Origin: Azolla caroliniana | Taxonomy: Eukaryota; Plantae; Polypodiophyta | Length of the DNA: 64,000 nt | NCBI GenBank assembly: GCA_043228905.1 | Contig: JBHGNT010000007.1 | Location: forward strand, 5,456,001-5,520,000 | Direction of reading: 5' to 3' | In this document: in pieces, positions 25,640 through 39,153 of the stretch | Position numbering within the stretch: the stretch's first letter is position 1 | Layout: each line of letters begins with the position of its first letter | The notes under the pieces: generated by a model | Seen by the model: the letters and a program-made list of their open reading frames with translations, nothing else | Databases searched by the model: none | What the model was told of the DNA's origin: nothing | Position numbers and translations under genes: made by a program

Positions 25640-27700
25640 AAGACCTATGGTTTGTCGACTCCGGTGCCTCATATCATATACCGTCACACCAAGAGTGGTT
25701 TCGTGACTTACGAACGCCTGATCGACCCAGCTTCATAGAGACGGGAGACGACACCACACATCCCCCACACATCCCATTTGACACATCTACAATATCCCAT
25801 TCGGGAAAGATGGCCAAAATAATTGCATCAAGAATGTCTTGCATGTGCCCACAATAACAAAGAATTTGGTCTCGGTCGGCTAAATTGTGGAGCAAGTCAT
25901 GCAAGTTTGTTTCAACAACAAAGGATGCTTCATCAAGAAAGATGGCCGACTCATAGCCAAGGGACGGAGAGACGGTCACATATTCATCCTTGATTCAAAC
26001 GAGGTGAAATCGTCCATGTATGCCAAAGGTCTCAAAACTGAGATAAGCATCGAATTGTGGCAGAAGAGAATCGACCACACAAACCTCCAACGGCTCTGAG
26101 CTATGCAAACAAAAGGAGTCGTCATCAGACTTCCGACATTCGATTCGAAACGAGTCAACCAAGTATGCGAAGTGTGTCAACTTGGCAAACAACATCGACA
26201 TCCACCCTTGAAGGAAAGCTATGCAAGAAAAGGCCTCCTTGACGTCATACACTCGGATGTATGGGGACCGGCTCAAACGCCGATAATCGGCGGATGCTGA
26301 TACTACATCACCTTCATCGACGACTACTCCCGCTACACGTGGATCTTTCCGATGAAGATGAAGAGCAAAGAGCTCTCCCACTTTCAAAAGCTCAAAGGGC
26401 AAGTCGAAAAAGAAACCAGTTGGCACATTCGATGCCGACAATCGGATGGAGGAAAGGAGTACGTCTCTGACGAATTCATCTCCTACCTCCAAGTTGAAGG
26501 CATTCGGAGAGAATTCTCGTGCAGACACACACCCCAACAAAATGGAGTAGCTGAAAGGAAGAATTAGCACATACTCGAGGTAGCATGTGCCATGATGCAT
26601 GAGAAGCACATGCTGAACTTCTATTGGCCGAAGCGAGTACGTCTCTGACAAATTCATCTCCTACCTCCAAGTTGAAGGCATTCGGAGAGAATTCTCGTGC
26701 CGACACACACCCCAACAAAATGGAGTAGCTGAAAGGAAGAATTAGCACATACTCGAGGTAGCATGTGCCATGATGCATGAGAAGCACATGCTGAACTTCT
26801 ATTGGCCGAAGCGGCATCCACGGACGTTTATCTAATGAATCGATGCACCACTAAGGAATACATGAGCTAACTCCATACGAGCTCCTTGTCGGAAGGAAGC
26901 CAATCTTGTACCACCGCAAGGTGTTCGGAAGCATTGCGAATGTATGCATCCTGAACAAACAACGATAGAAGCCTGACATGAAGTTGGAGTAATGTATCCT
27001 CGTAGGATACTCATCCGGGAAGAAGGCATACAAGTCCTATAACCCTTCGTGGGTGAGTTGAGACGTAGTCTTCGACGAATCGACATCATGGTATAAGCCC
27101 GATTTGGCTCCACCCGACCCAACCGAAGAAGAGTTGAACGTCAACTCAGAGGATGAGATTCGGACAAGTCCTCTACCAAAGGACAACCCAAGCCCACCCG
27201 AGCCTTCAAGCCTTCCAAGTAGGTCACAGCCAAGTACGACCTTGGACCAAGGCAAAGGTAAGATGCCTGAATACGAAGTCGACCACCCCGACGTCAACTA
27301 TTCGGATGTGTCGGCTCGCTCACTAGACAATGAGTTTGGTGTACCCATCATGCGGACACCTGGAGTAAAGAAGGCGCTCACATCGGTGAACAAAAAACTT
27401 TGACGTTCTTCTAGAGAGAAAAATCTCGTCACTCGGCTCGGCTACAATGAGTACATGGCCCATCATTGTGCCTTCGCAATGAAGGTAGTGGCCGAACAAG
27501 AGCCCAAGAGCTCTACGGAAGTGGCTCGTGACCCAAGATGGTTGAAAGTGGTCGACCCAAGCCTTCATCACAGGCTTGAGGGGGAGGAACTGAAACTGCC
27601 ACGAAAATACCGACGCCGAAGGCCGCACAAAAGCCGACATCGAAAGCCGGACAATGCGGACAACGTCAAAAGCAGAATCGGATGTCAGACGCCTCACACT
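25640..27700 (+). pseudogene. Copia B protease-integrase, degenerate, with RT/RNase H largely deleted
   Basis: WFVDSGAS, CEVCQLGKQHR, HSDVWGP, TPQQNGVAERKN. Near 27550 it jumps from the pre-RT region to the 3' UTR/PPT. Confidence 0.85.
26457..26812 (+). repeat. 178-bp tandem duplication within the Copia B integrase
   Basis: GAGTACGTCTCTGAC...GGCCGAAGC starts at both 26457 and 26635. Confidence 0.9.
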
Positions 27701-28296
27701 TGAGCTTGAGGGGGCATTGTCGTGAAGATTTACGGCTATAGTGTGAAACCGGGGTGGAATGGGCAAGTTGGTGGTGTGCAACATGTGCACATGTATAGTA
27801 AAAAGACGGTGTATAGAATAAGGGGGAGTATTTATCCCACATTGTAATGTCCCTCCCTCCTTGGGCTATAAAAGGAAGGGAGGGTCCTCTTGTGAAGGGG
27901 TTGCCTATTTTGAGTGAGAGAGGTATACCACTTAGGTTGAGGGTCTCTATTCGGTTTAGGGTTTCTTCACCTTCTTCTTTACTTGGGAGGTTAGGGTTTC
28001 TTGTAGCTATTGGGTTTTGGCCTATGCCGCCATGGATGTATTCATTTGCGGATTCATAATATAACTTGCTTGTGTATCTTGTCTTGTTGAGGGATCTTGC
28101 CTCCGTCTATTCTATGTTAATGTGCTACTCTTCCTCTTCTCCTCTTGAGCTAAGGTTCCATTTGTTGTCTTATTCCTTCTCCTCTACTCCCTAGTCCAAG
28201 ACCCCCGAGGTCCCTCCTCGGATCCTACACGTACTCGTGGAATATTGCGACATCTTTGGTGAACCCGACGTGAAGAGGCGGCAAGGGAGGACGAAG

Positions 28297-28850
28297 ATGG
28301 AAGACGAAGACTTCGACCTTGCGGAGATGATGGTGAAGATTATAATGGATGCCCGACGGAAGAAGGCGAGGCAAGATGCGGCTCAACAAGCTGTCGAGAG
28401 GGTGGTTGATCGAGTCGGCCGATTCAACGGGGACGATGTCCCGAGGTTCTTGGAAGCGTACGATGTCGAGATGACGAAGAGGGGCGTGGACGAAGCGATG
28501 CGGCTAGAATATTTTCGTCGAGTGGCGGTCGTATCGGTGCACAAAGAGGTCAAGGAGCTTCAAGAAGCTCATGAGTCGTAGGAGTCCTTTGAGGGAGCTC
28601 TATTGGAGGCCTACGGATACGCGAAACCGGAGTGGGTATGCCGGCAACCCGATGGGGAGCAGTCGGTAACAACATGGCCTGTGAGCAGTGGAGAAGAGAG
28701 GGCGGTGGTCGGCTACACACTACCGCCGAAAGAGAGCTCGACGCGCGATCAACCGAAGGAGTATGACCTAGAGGCGTTGGTATGGGAGGCGTGCAAGAGC
28801 GTGAAGGCAAAGTTCGAAGCCAAAGATAGCTTATTATGGAGTCAAGCTGG
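28297..28850 (+). pseudogene. Gag-like remnant of element E
   Basis: MEDEDFDLAEMM...VGRFNGDDVPRFLEAY, homologous to the D gag. TAG at 28579-28581 where D has TGG. The 3' end is approximate. Confidence 0.75.
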
Positions 28851-31800
28851 AGACGATCGGAGGATGCAGAGGAAGAAGCCTCCCTATGCATGGACGATGG
28901 GGCCTATGCGGAGGCTGGAAGAGCGTGCAATGATGACGACGTGGGAGAGGGTGCAAAGCAAGCGACCCTCTCGTCTTGCGGAAAAGGGATGGCCATGGAT
29001 AAGGCCGGTGACTACGAAGCAGGGAGCGCCACTTCGAGAGTGGGCGGAGGATTCGGGACATGATGGCCCGAAACATCAAGCGAGGAGGAGACGAGCGATG
29101 GTGCCGGGACCTTACCCATACCGATTCTAGAGACTCCGGCATCCATCCCAAGAGCCGGTGTGAGACCTAGAGTGATGAACGGTGGCAGCGGCAAGGCAGG
29201 AAACCAAGACGACGGCAAGAAGATCGAGGAAGAGGAGGCGGCAAGCGTAATCGAGGCTTCCGCGATCAGAGACGGGGTAGCCACGAACAACGACGTCTGG
29301 ATGGAGGTGGCTACAGACATAACGAGCAACGGTGCTGGGATCTTACCCACACCGGTTCTACAGACTCCGGCATCCAGCCCAAGAGCCGATGTGAAACCTA
29401 GAGTGACGGACGGTGGCGGCGGCAAGGCGGGTGACCGAAACGAAGAGGAGGATGTGAGGCCCGGAACGGGCATATACGAAAGGACCGAAGGAGAGGCCGA
29501 GAGCAGCAACAAGGAGAGAGTCAAGAACCGACCCAACCGGAAGCCAAATCAAGAAAAGAATGAAGCGGGGGCCGGTCAACCGGGCCCAAACCGATGAAGA
29601 GCCGGCAAGACCGGTAGTGTTCGGCCGAACCCTTACCGACCGGTTATGATTATGGAAGGAAGCCAACCGAACCGGAACACGATTGGTCAGGACCGAACCG
29701 GGCAACGGCTAAGCCGGCATGATTGGAGGTCAAGGCATACAAGCCCCAACACGCGGTGGGAGCCGGTGAGCACGAGAAGGAGGCCAAGCGGGCATGACGA
29801 CTACGGTTCCATGCAAGACCCGAAATGAGCGGGACCCTCCACACCTATTCTAGAGACTTTGGCGGTTGCAGATCAACATAAGACCGGAGAGACGGCGGGT
29901 GGCGGCGAGGAGTCGGTTACTAGAGCAGACGAGGTTATCGGAGCGGGTATCCGGTATGAAGTAATGGACGAACGGGGCCAAGACGGGGGAAGCCCGAGTC
30001 GGAACGGGCTACGGCAACAAAGGAAGAAGAGGCTGATGCGGAGGTCGGGTCTACAGCGAGCGAAGGGCGTAAAACGAAGCATGCACTACGGCCAGCGAAG
30101 GGCGAAGAAGCAAGCATGCACCCGGAATAGCGGCAACGAGTGATCGGCAACGGTGGACCGATCAAGCCTTTGAGAGGCAAGCACATGGCGAGAGACGGAG
30201 TGGTAAGGTACCGTGATCGGCAGATGAATGGCGGGAGAGAAGGATGGTGCACGGAGAACAAAGGGGTACGTACCAGGAAGAGGAAGCACCACTTTCTTGA
30301 GGGCATGCAAAGCCAACGGGCCAAGAGGGCGCGAGTCGAAACGAAGCGGTAACGAGAGCCGCAAAGGACGCCGAAGCAGGGTACACTGACACGGATGTCG
30401 GGATGGAGGTACGCTCTACCACAAGAGAGCATGGCAAGCAAGGGAGAAGGGAGGAGCGCGTAATTGGGTCACTTAAGGACCAAAGAATGAGCGCGCATTC
30501 GGGGGACGACAACGACGCACGGAAAGAGCCTACGGAAGGCCAATGCGGGATGGAAGGAGTCGGCACGAGGTATTCGGGAGGAGGAGACAGTCAAACCGAA
30601 GGAGAGACACACGCGGTACGTGGAATCCAGTGTGCGATCGGAGTGATCGGGGACCCGATCGGAGGACATACGCGGTAGACAAAGGAGGGGTGATCGGATT
30701 GGCAACGGGGTCCGGGAGGACCGATCAGGGAGGAAGGCGCGAACGTCGAATATGGCGAATCGGATGGAGCCAACGATTCGAGAGGCTACGGCGGTTCGTG
30801 TGGGAGGGACGGGCATGCTCGAAGTGGAAGACAAAGTCAAGCAAGGTTAAGAAGGATGATCACAGAGGCGAGTTTCCGGAAGGAGGATAGGCAAGGAGTC
30901 GGCAAGACGGACCAAGGCCGATAAGGAGCCGGCGAGACGGTCGGGTGCCGGTAAGGTGGAGGACCCGGTTGATCACCTTCACCGAAATCTCTCACCCTTT
31001 TCCTTTCTTGGCACATACCGGTGGATGTGCGGTTTGGTGGGGGTGGATGTCGTGAAGATTTCCGGCTATAGTGTGAAACCGGGGTGGAATGGGCAAGTTG
31101 GTGGTGTGCAACATGTGCACATGTATAGTAAGAAGACGGCGTATAGAATAAGGGGGAGTATTTATCCCACATTGTAATGTCCCTCCCTCCTTGGGCTATA
31201 AAATGAAGGGAGGGGTCTCTTGTGAAGGGGTTGCCTATTTTGAGTGAGAGAGGTATACCACTTAGGTCGAGGGTCTCTATTCGGTTTAGGGTTTCTTCAT
31301 CTTCTTCTTTACTTAGGAGGTTAGGGTTTCTTGTAGTCGTTGGGTTTTGGCCTTTGCCGTCAGGGATGTATTCATTTGCGGATTCATAATATAACTTGCT
31401 TGTGTATCTTGTCTTGTTGAGGGATCTTGCCTCCGTCTATTCTATGTTAATGTGCTACTCTTCCTCTTCTCCTCTTGAGCTAAGCTTCCATTTTGTGTCG
31501 TATTCCTTCTCCTCTACTCCCTAGTCCAAGACCCCCATGGTCCCGCCTCGGATCCTACACGTACTCGCGGTGTCGTAGTGTAGGTTGCACACTATGTGGA
31601 AATTATATTTTTGTCCCTCCGGATAGAGAATGGAGTGCTCGGTGAGAACCGGAAGAAAACGGCATACCGGCAAGGAGGAAAACGGCATACCGGCAAAGAA
31701 GAAAACGGCATACCGGCAAGGAAGAGCCGGATAAAGAGACATAAATGTAAAAGAAAGGAAACACTCACTACTACGCAGGGCGTGATTCGAACTCTGCACC

Positions 31801-32375
31801 TCCACGTTGACAAACCCCAACCTTACCATTACATTAACTCATCTTAAGTGTTATAATATAGATTTAATATGTATAAGACCTTTATTTATGCATACCTTTA
31901 TTAAAAGGTAAATCGTGTATTTTCTTAATATATGAAAAAGAATACGAGACACTAAAAATAACTCATGCACATCTAGCGTGCATGAGCCCTATACTTAGGA
32001 AATAAAAAAGCATCACATGCACATTTAGTGGACATGAACACTTTTTGTAAAAAAAAAGCATGAAGCCATGCTTAGCTCTTCCTTCCTTATATAAGGAGGA
32101 GAGAAATATATAAAGGGTTGTTGATTATTTGGATTAAGTATTAATCAATACAGAAATTATTCGTGGGATTCACGATTTATACATCTACTTCTCTCTTAAC
32201 ACCCTAAGTACCAATTAATATAGTATACTCGTGTGATTCACGAGTTTCTTATCTTTCTCTTTGCTATTTACTCATAATTAATCTCTATCTCACGAACTTC
32301 TTTCTCCTAGTCCAAGACCTCTGTGGTTCCCACCCGACTCACGCAACGATCCGGAGCCGAAAGGCACGACACAGT

Positions 32376-32391
32376 TGGTGAACCTGACGTG
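32376..32391 (+). promoter_or_regulatory. Primer-binding site complementary to the tRNA-Trp 3' end
   Basis: Reverse complement of ...CACGTCGGGTTCACCA (plant tRNA-Trp end as I recall it) with one mismatch. The same PBS occurs in C, D and E. Confidence 0.8.
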
Positions 32392-32409
32392 AAAACGGGT
32401 GGCAAGGAG

Positions 32410-34449
32410 ATGGAGGCTCAACAAGCTAACAATATGATGGCGATGTTCGAACGGATGCTTCAAGAACAACGCACGATGTCGGAGATTTCGGCATCAGTAG
32501 AGCGGCTCGTGCAACGCAACGGGCAATTTAATGGTAAGGATGTGTCGCGATATTTGCAGGACTACAAGGCGGAGATGCTCCGGTGCCGGGCTTCGGAAGG
32601 ACTGCAAGTGACATCCTTTAACCGGGTGGCGACCGACGGGCTTCAAGGTAGTATCCACGGGTTGCAACAACAAAATCCGACGTGGGAAGCATTCGAAGAG
32701 GCGTTAAAGACCACGTTTGCCATCGAGGACTCCTCCAAGGCAACGCGGAGGGGATTCGAGGATTGGGTGGAAACGTCAGGTAAGGGGCTGAAGGTCCTCG
32801 AAGTGTTTTCGACATTCGAAAGTCGGTTCGGGAGGTTGTCCGCGAGAGATCAAACTATTCTTGCACCGGACAAAGTTATCATGTTTTTGCGAGCTGTGGA
32901 CGTCCGGGACCGGAAAGATCTCGGAGTGCTTCTTGAGGACACGACCACCGAAAGCGGCCTCACCGAAACATGGGAAAGCGTGCGGGATATCGTCGCGCGG
33001 TACACGAAGAGGGGGCAATGGCTTTCCAACGAAGAAAAGAGGGTTTCGGAACCGATTCCGAAACCGAGAACGGGACTGGAAGACCATCAACCGAGGGCTC
33101 GGGAGATTACGGCCGAGAAGGGAGTCGACGCGTCTACGGTGGAGCAGCTGCTGAAGGAGATGGAGAATCTAAAGATCGCGATGGTGAAGAAGTCGGATGA
33201 CCGCCCCACAAGCTCCAAATATACGGATCGACGGTGCATATGGTGCGATAGCGCCGAACACGATCGGAGGGATTGCGACGACCATAAGGAGGCGCTACGA
33301 CGGGATCTCATCTACTACGAGGGAAACCGGATTCATTCGATGGACTCTCGGAAGCCACTCCGACCGAACTTCCGGAAAGGCGGCATGAAGAAGGTGCTCG
33401 AGGAGGAGTTAGCGGCAAGAAGCAACTATGCGACAACCGCGGGAATATGTGTCGGGGAGTCATCGGGAGCGAAGGCGTCTTTCTGGCCGGAGGTGCTAGG
33501 AAACACCGAGAAAACCGACTCCAACGATATCCGAAACACCGCGGAAGGCGTCCGGGAAGCTACGGGATGGGAGTGCCCTGTCGACAAGAATAGCATATAC
33601 GCCCTGTGTCAATTACATGAGGTGTATGTGGACGAGAAACGACGGCGCACGGAGGATGCGGCCGGACCATCGAAGATACCGGAAAGCTGGAACTCCGGAG
33701 GTAAGGGAAAAGAAAAGGCGACTCCGGCATTCAAGCTCGCCTCGGACATAGAACAACAAACCGACTTGAAAAGAGTGTTCGAGGAAAGAATCTTGGATAG
33801 CCGGGTAGATTTTTCACTGCGGGAACTACTCGGAATAGCGAAGAAGGAGTTTCACGATCTTCTCGTGGATCTCGTGAAAAGGAAGAGACAAAGTACGGAG
33901 GAAAATGCTCCAAGGGTGAATGCAAATACCGTTTCAATGAACGACACCGAAGTGGAAGGCGAAATTCCGAACTCCCACTATACAAGGCCACACTGGGCAC
34001 GTGCGACTACGGAGACTCCGGTCCGAATCGGCAACATCAAAGAACCCGTGCTAGCATTGATTGATCACGGATCGGAGATCAACTTGATGTCCAAGGAGTT
34101 CTACCGAAAGGGGAAGTGGCCTATAAACACCAACCATGGATGGAAGATTCGGGCAGCCACGAAAACGACAGAAGACCTATTTGCGGCTTGTCCGGATGTG
34201 ACGGTAAAGATCGGGGATGTCGAAATTGACCAAAATTTCTTTGTGCAGGATGAGGTTTCACATTCTGTCATCCTCGGCCAACCCTTTATCACGGCTTCAC
34301 GGATGGAGACGAAGGTGCTCGATAGTGGTGCGGCTTTTGCGCGAATTCGGAGCCAAAACGGAGGGAAATCCGTCCAATTCCTAACGGTGCCGGCAAATCA
34401 CGAAAGGAACAAGAGGGAACTCTTGTCCCAAGTGAGAATGGATTTTTAA
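32410..34449 (+). CDS. Gypsy F Gag-aspartic protease ORF
   Basis: Open frame with knuckle CIWCDSAEHDRRDC and protease ALIDHGSEINLM...ILGQPF. Ends ATG GAT TTT TAA. Confidence 0.9.
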   Translation: MEAQQANNMMAMFERMLQEQRTMSEISASVERLVQRNGQFNGKDVSRYLQDYKAEMLRCRASEGLQVTSFNRVATDGLQGSIHGLQQQNPTWEAFEEALKTTFAIEDSSKATRRGFEDWVETSGKGLKVLEVFSTFESRFGRLSARDQTILAPDKVIMFLRAVDVRDRKDLGVLLEDTTTESGLTETWESVRDIVARYTKRGQWLSNEEKRVSEPIPKPRTGLEDHQPRAREITAEKGVDASTVEQLLKEMENLKIAMVKKSDDRPTSSKYTDRRCIWCDSAEHDRRDCDDHKEALRRDLIYYEGNRIHSMDSRKPLRPNFRKGGMKKVLEEELAARSNYATTAGICVGESSGAKASFWPEVLGNTEKTDSNDIRNTAEGVREATGWECPVDKNSIYALCQLHEVYVDEKRRRTEDAAGPSKIPESWNSGGKGKEKATPAFKLASDIEQQTDLKRVFEERILDSRVDFSLRELLGIAKKEFHDLLVDLVKRKRQSTEENAPRVNANTVSMNDTEVEGEIPNSHYTRPHWARATTETPVRIGNIKEPVLALIDHGSEINLMSKEFYRKGKWPINTNHGWKIRAATKTTEDLFAACPDVTVKIGDVEIDQNFFVQDEVSHSVILGQPFITASRMETKVLDSGAAFARIRSQNGGKSVQFLTVPANHERNKRELLSQVRMDF

Positions 34450-34503
34450 AGCGGACTGTTGCGGAGTGGGGAAGTGATAGTCCGAGAAGCCCTGATACCC
34501 CAC
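34440..34503 (+). promoter_or_regulatory. Predicted -1 ribosomal frameshift signal (slippery heptamer plus H-type pseudoknot) of F
   Basis: G_GAT_TTT, 5-nt spacer, stem CGGACTGTTGC/GTGATAGTCCG, and loop GTGGGG pairing with CCCCAC at 34498-34503. Confidence 0.8.
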
Positions 34504-36914
34504 ACAGGAAGAAAACTCCCGGAGCAAAACAAGTACGAATCGGCCCGGATGGGGCATCTACGTACACGGCCGTAACCGGAGGAATGAAGAAACAATACCG
34601 ACAAGTGGAGGATAAGTTACGGTCGGCATCAATAATAAAAGAAGACGAAGAAATCGTGGGAGTGATCGAGGAAGTGTTCTATGGGAATACACTACAACGG
34701 CTTGAAGAGCTTGCGGAAGATAAAAGCCAAGGGAACCGGGTAGTCCCGGTGGAATCGGTCGAGATGTACGAGATCGTTGCGAAAATGGGGCCGGATGCGC
34801 TCCGCAAAGAAGAAGCAATGGTAAGTACGAAATACAAGACCGTGGAGAAGAAGGTGAAACCGGCCGCGGGACCACTACCCGCCGATAGCGAACAAAAGAA
34901 GAAAGAAGTCTCGGGAGATCCGACACTTCGGAAGTCCGTGGATATCGGACATGCCTTCACAGATGAGACCCGGAAGAAACTTCGGATCGGTGGAGGTGGG
35001 TTCCTATTACAAGAAGAAGAAAAACGGTTTCGAGAGATGTTGGAGCAACATGGCAAAGCATTCGCGTTCACATCGAGGGAGATCGGATGCATTGATCCAA
35101 AGATAGTGGAGCCGATGGTGATTTTCACGATTGATCATGTACCGTGGAACCTGAAGCCGATTCCGGTGCCACGGGCGCATATTCCGAAAGTCATCGACTT
35201 GCTCAAGGAGAAGGTGGCGATGGGGATTCTAGAGCCATCAAGTGCTCCGTACTCAAATCGATGGTTTACGGTTCCGAAGAAGAATGGGTCACTCCGATTC
35301 ATCCAAGACTTGCAACCGGTGAACAAGGTCACGATCCGGAACTCGGGAGTCGGTCCGATAGTGGACGAATTCGCGGAAGCTTTTGCCGGACGTGCGATAT
35401 ACTCCATCGGGGACCTATACTCGGGGTATGACCAATTCCAACTAGCCGTGGAGAGCCGAGACATCACTACCATGCGGACACCGATAGGACTAGTTCGAAT
35501 GTGCACACTACCACAAGGAGCGACAAACTCGGTTGCACATATGATGAACGCGATGAACAAGGTGCTTCGAGATTGCATCCCGGAGATAACGATGCCGTTT
35601 CTAGATGACATTCCGATGAAAGGATGCGCGGTGGAAGAAAAAGATGAGACTATGGATGATCGGGGATGCCGAAAGTTCGTGGTTGACCATATTCATGATT
35701 GCGAGAAAGTGTTGTGAAAGCTAGAAGATGTGCACCTAACACTTTCCGGGGAGAAATCGGCATTCGGGCAAGAAGAAATATTGGTGGTCGGACATCTATG
35801 TGGACCCTACGGCCGAAGACCGTCACCAACAAAGATCGATGCGATTCAAGCTATGAAGGAAGTATGTGAGTCAACATCGGAAGTCCGAAGGTTTCTGGGT
35901 GCGTGTGCATTCTATCACATATGGATTCCGCACTATGCACATATAGCGGACCCGCTCTATCACTTGTTGCGGAAAGGTAAGAAATTCGAGTGGAAACCGG
36001 AACACACTAAAGCCATGAGGAAGCTCAAGAAGACACTATGGAGGGCGGAATCACTTAAGAAGCCAAGCTACGAGCGGCCAATCATAGTAACGGTTGATAC
36101 AAGTCCAACCGGTATCGGGTGGGTCATCAATCAAGCCGACTCGGATGGTTCGCGGTATCCGATCCGATTTGGAGCAAAGGTCCTCAACGAAAGGCAACGC
36201 GGATATGCACAAGTCAAAAGAGAATTGTGGGGAGTCGTGTCGGCGATAAAATCGGATCGGGATTATTTGATCGGAGCTGAAGTGGTGATCGAGACGGATT
36301 GTCTTCCGATACTCGGGATGATGCGGTGTTGTACGATACTGGATGTGGCTATGCTAAGGTGGATTGCATATGTCAAGTCACTTAATCCGGAGGTTCGACA
36401 CATCTCGGGGAAGGACAACGCGGTAGCGGACATGTTATCGAGGGCGCGGTTTGAAGACGACATAACCGAATCAGATAATGAAGAAGTTTCCGAAGACTAC
36501 TTCACGTCAGAACACATATGCCGAGTGAACGTGATCCGAGAATTCCGGGAAGAAGAATACGAGGGGGAAACCTTGATGATCGGGAAGATGCTACAAGAGG
36601 TCGAGGATTCAACCAATGATAAAGAAAGGAGAGCCGAGATCCGAAGGAAGAAGAGGCAAGTCCAAAAGTTCTTCTTGGAAAACGGTTTAATATGGAGGAC
36701 GCCGAAAAGACCGGATGGGATACCACTTCGAGTAGTCGGGACGAAAGAGCAACGAAACCGGATAATGTCCGAGTTCCACGAATCCGATTGGGCTGGACAT
36801 CGAGGAACATGGGCAACTTTTGTGAAAATCAAGCAAAGATATTGGTGGAAGAACATGTATAAAGATGTCGCGGAGTTCACAGAAAGCTGCGAGAAATGTC
36901 AAGTCTACTCCGGG
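34440..36914 (+). pseudogene. Gypsy F pol (RT, RNase H, integrase N-terminus) in the -1 frame, with one in-frame TGA
   Basis: Frame is open from the slippery site. DLYSGYDQ, LPQGATNS, PFLDDI, TVDTS, ETDC, NAVADMLSR, H..H..CEKC. TGA at 35715-35717. Cut by Copia J. Confidence 0.9.
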
Positions 36915-37403
36915 TGTTGTAGACAAAGTCGTCTATGCGGAAGATCAAGAAGCATTCGATTCTTTTCTGTACCTGCGTATGACTGTTTCTAGGTCGTTGC
37001 ACAGAGAGAGAGAGAGAGAGAGAGACAAAAGACTCTTTATTTCATAAAGCAAATAATACAACAACCAACCTTACAAAAGGGTTACAAGGTCACTATATAT
37101 AGTGACCGACTTAGGGCAACTACCCTTTATGCTAATTACACAAATGCCCCAAACTTGGGCTATACAAAGGGATAGTGTGAATACGTCCATTATACACTTG
37201 TATTCGACACTCCCCCGTAATGGGCGTATACATGGGTTATCTAAGATTACAGGTATAAACCTAGGTTCTCGGACATATCAGTTTTTGTTCGAGTCGGCAG
37301 GGTCCGAAGGCAGAAGACCGAACTGGTCGGGTCGGACGTGTTGAAGCCGATCATTAAGGAACTGATGTCGGTTGTCGGAAACCATCCTGTGCTGTGTCCG
37401 GCT

Positions 37404-38646
37404 CTAACCGGACTGGTTTGTCGTTACGCCCATCTGATGCCGAAGGGACCGAAAGCGGTCTGCCGAAAGACACTTGGTCATTCCATCTGCGACATTGTCG
37501 GTTGTGGATATTTTCTCTAGACCGATTTTCCCTGAAATGACGCAGTCCCGAACGAAGTGATATCGAACGTCGATATGTTTGGAGGCGTTGTGGTGAACCG
37601 GATTTTTCGACAAGGCAACAGCACCTTGACTGTCGCTGTAGACAACTGGAGCCGAGTCATGGTCGACTTGTCGAAACGTGTGCGCCAGCCGACCGAGCCA
37701 CAAAGCTTCTTTTGCTGCGTCGGACGCAGCTACATATTCTGCTTCGGTCGTTGAGGTCGCTGTGCACTCCTGAAGTTTCGACTTCCACGAGATTGCTCCA
37801 TTGCCGAATTTGAAGCAGTATCCGGTTGTTGATTTCCGACTGTCTATACAGCCGGCGAAGTCCGAGTCGGTGTAACCGACTACGCCTGAGGTTCGGTTCG
37901 GACCGAAAAGAATGCCGTGGTCTTTTGTGCCAGCCAGATATCTGAACACATGCTTGACTGCGTTCCAATGCGATCGGCCGGGATTGTGCATAAATCTGCT
38001 AACGACTCCTACGGCGTGAGAAATATCAAGCCGTGTCGCGACCATCAGGTACATAAGGGAGCCGACTGCCGGTGCATACGGTACCGACTTCATATCTTCC
38101 CCCTCCGGACCGGATGTCGGGCAGTCTCGCTGAGAGAGCCGAAGATTCATAGGGAGCGGGGTTGAAGCAGATTTGGCTGATTGCATGTTGAAGCGTTCCA
38201 AGACACGTCGGATATAGTCGGTCTGAGACAGAAAAAGATGTCGTTTATCGCGATGCCGACTAATCTTCATGCCGAGTATGTGTCGTGCCGGACCGAGGTC
38301 CTTCATGGCAAACTTCAACCGCAGTTGCCGAATGAGATCGGCAAGTTCGCCCGCGTGGCGTCCAGAAATTAGCATGTCGTCCACGTAAATGATGAGGAAG
38401 ATGGGTGATCCATCTTGAGCTGTGTTGGTGAAGAGACAATGGTCCTCATCGCTTTTTGAGAAGCCGATCGATTGGATGAAGTCGTCGAACTTCTTGTACC
38501 ATTGTCGCGGTGCCTGTTTGAGGCCGTATAGACTCTTCCTGAGTCGGCAGACTAGATGTTCTTGGCCAGTCGCCACGAAGCCTTTTGGCTGCTCCATATA
38601 AATTTCCTCGTCAAGATCACCATGGAGGAAGGCTGTTTTGACATCT
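37404..38646 (-). pseudogene. Copia J RT C-terminal part and RNase H
   Basis: DVKTAFLHGDL...YVDDML...DNVADGMTKCL. Confidence 0.93.
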
Positions 38647-38672
38647 GGGTAGAAGCACGCTACGGTGTACCA
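38647..38672 (+). repeat. Left TIR of K
   Basis: GGGTAGAAGCACGCTACGGTGTACCA. Confidence 0.93.
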
Positions 38673-39153
38673 GAAAAGTACTGTTTTTGGCCACAAAAAT
38701 TGTCAGTACTTTTAGTACTGTTAGTATGAATAATTCAAAAAAAAAAAATCAGAGAAAAAGAAAATCGATTTTGGAGAGTGGGGTGACTGTAGTACAAGTG
38801 TCATTTATTGTAGAAGGAGTGGGGGGAACAGGTGAGGAGATGTTCATTCCATTTTGGGGGCTATTTTCCCCTCACGTCGATTTTGGCGCTTCCCCTCACG
38901 TCGTTTTGGCGGTTCCCCTCATACTCCTCTTCCTCTATCCCTCTGAGCTTTTCATCACAGATCCATGTTCAGTTTCTGATTTCCTCCAATCTAAATCTCA
39001 GACATCCATGTCTGTTTTGAGCGTTTAAGTTGAGGATTTCTGATTTTTTTAGGGTTTCTGTTTTTGTTAGGGTTTAGGTCGAGGTACAGAGACTGTTGGT
39101 AGCAGCCAATAGTGACTTCTTCGACAACGACTTTCTTACATCCATCCATTGAA

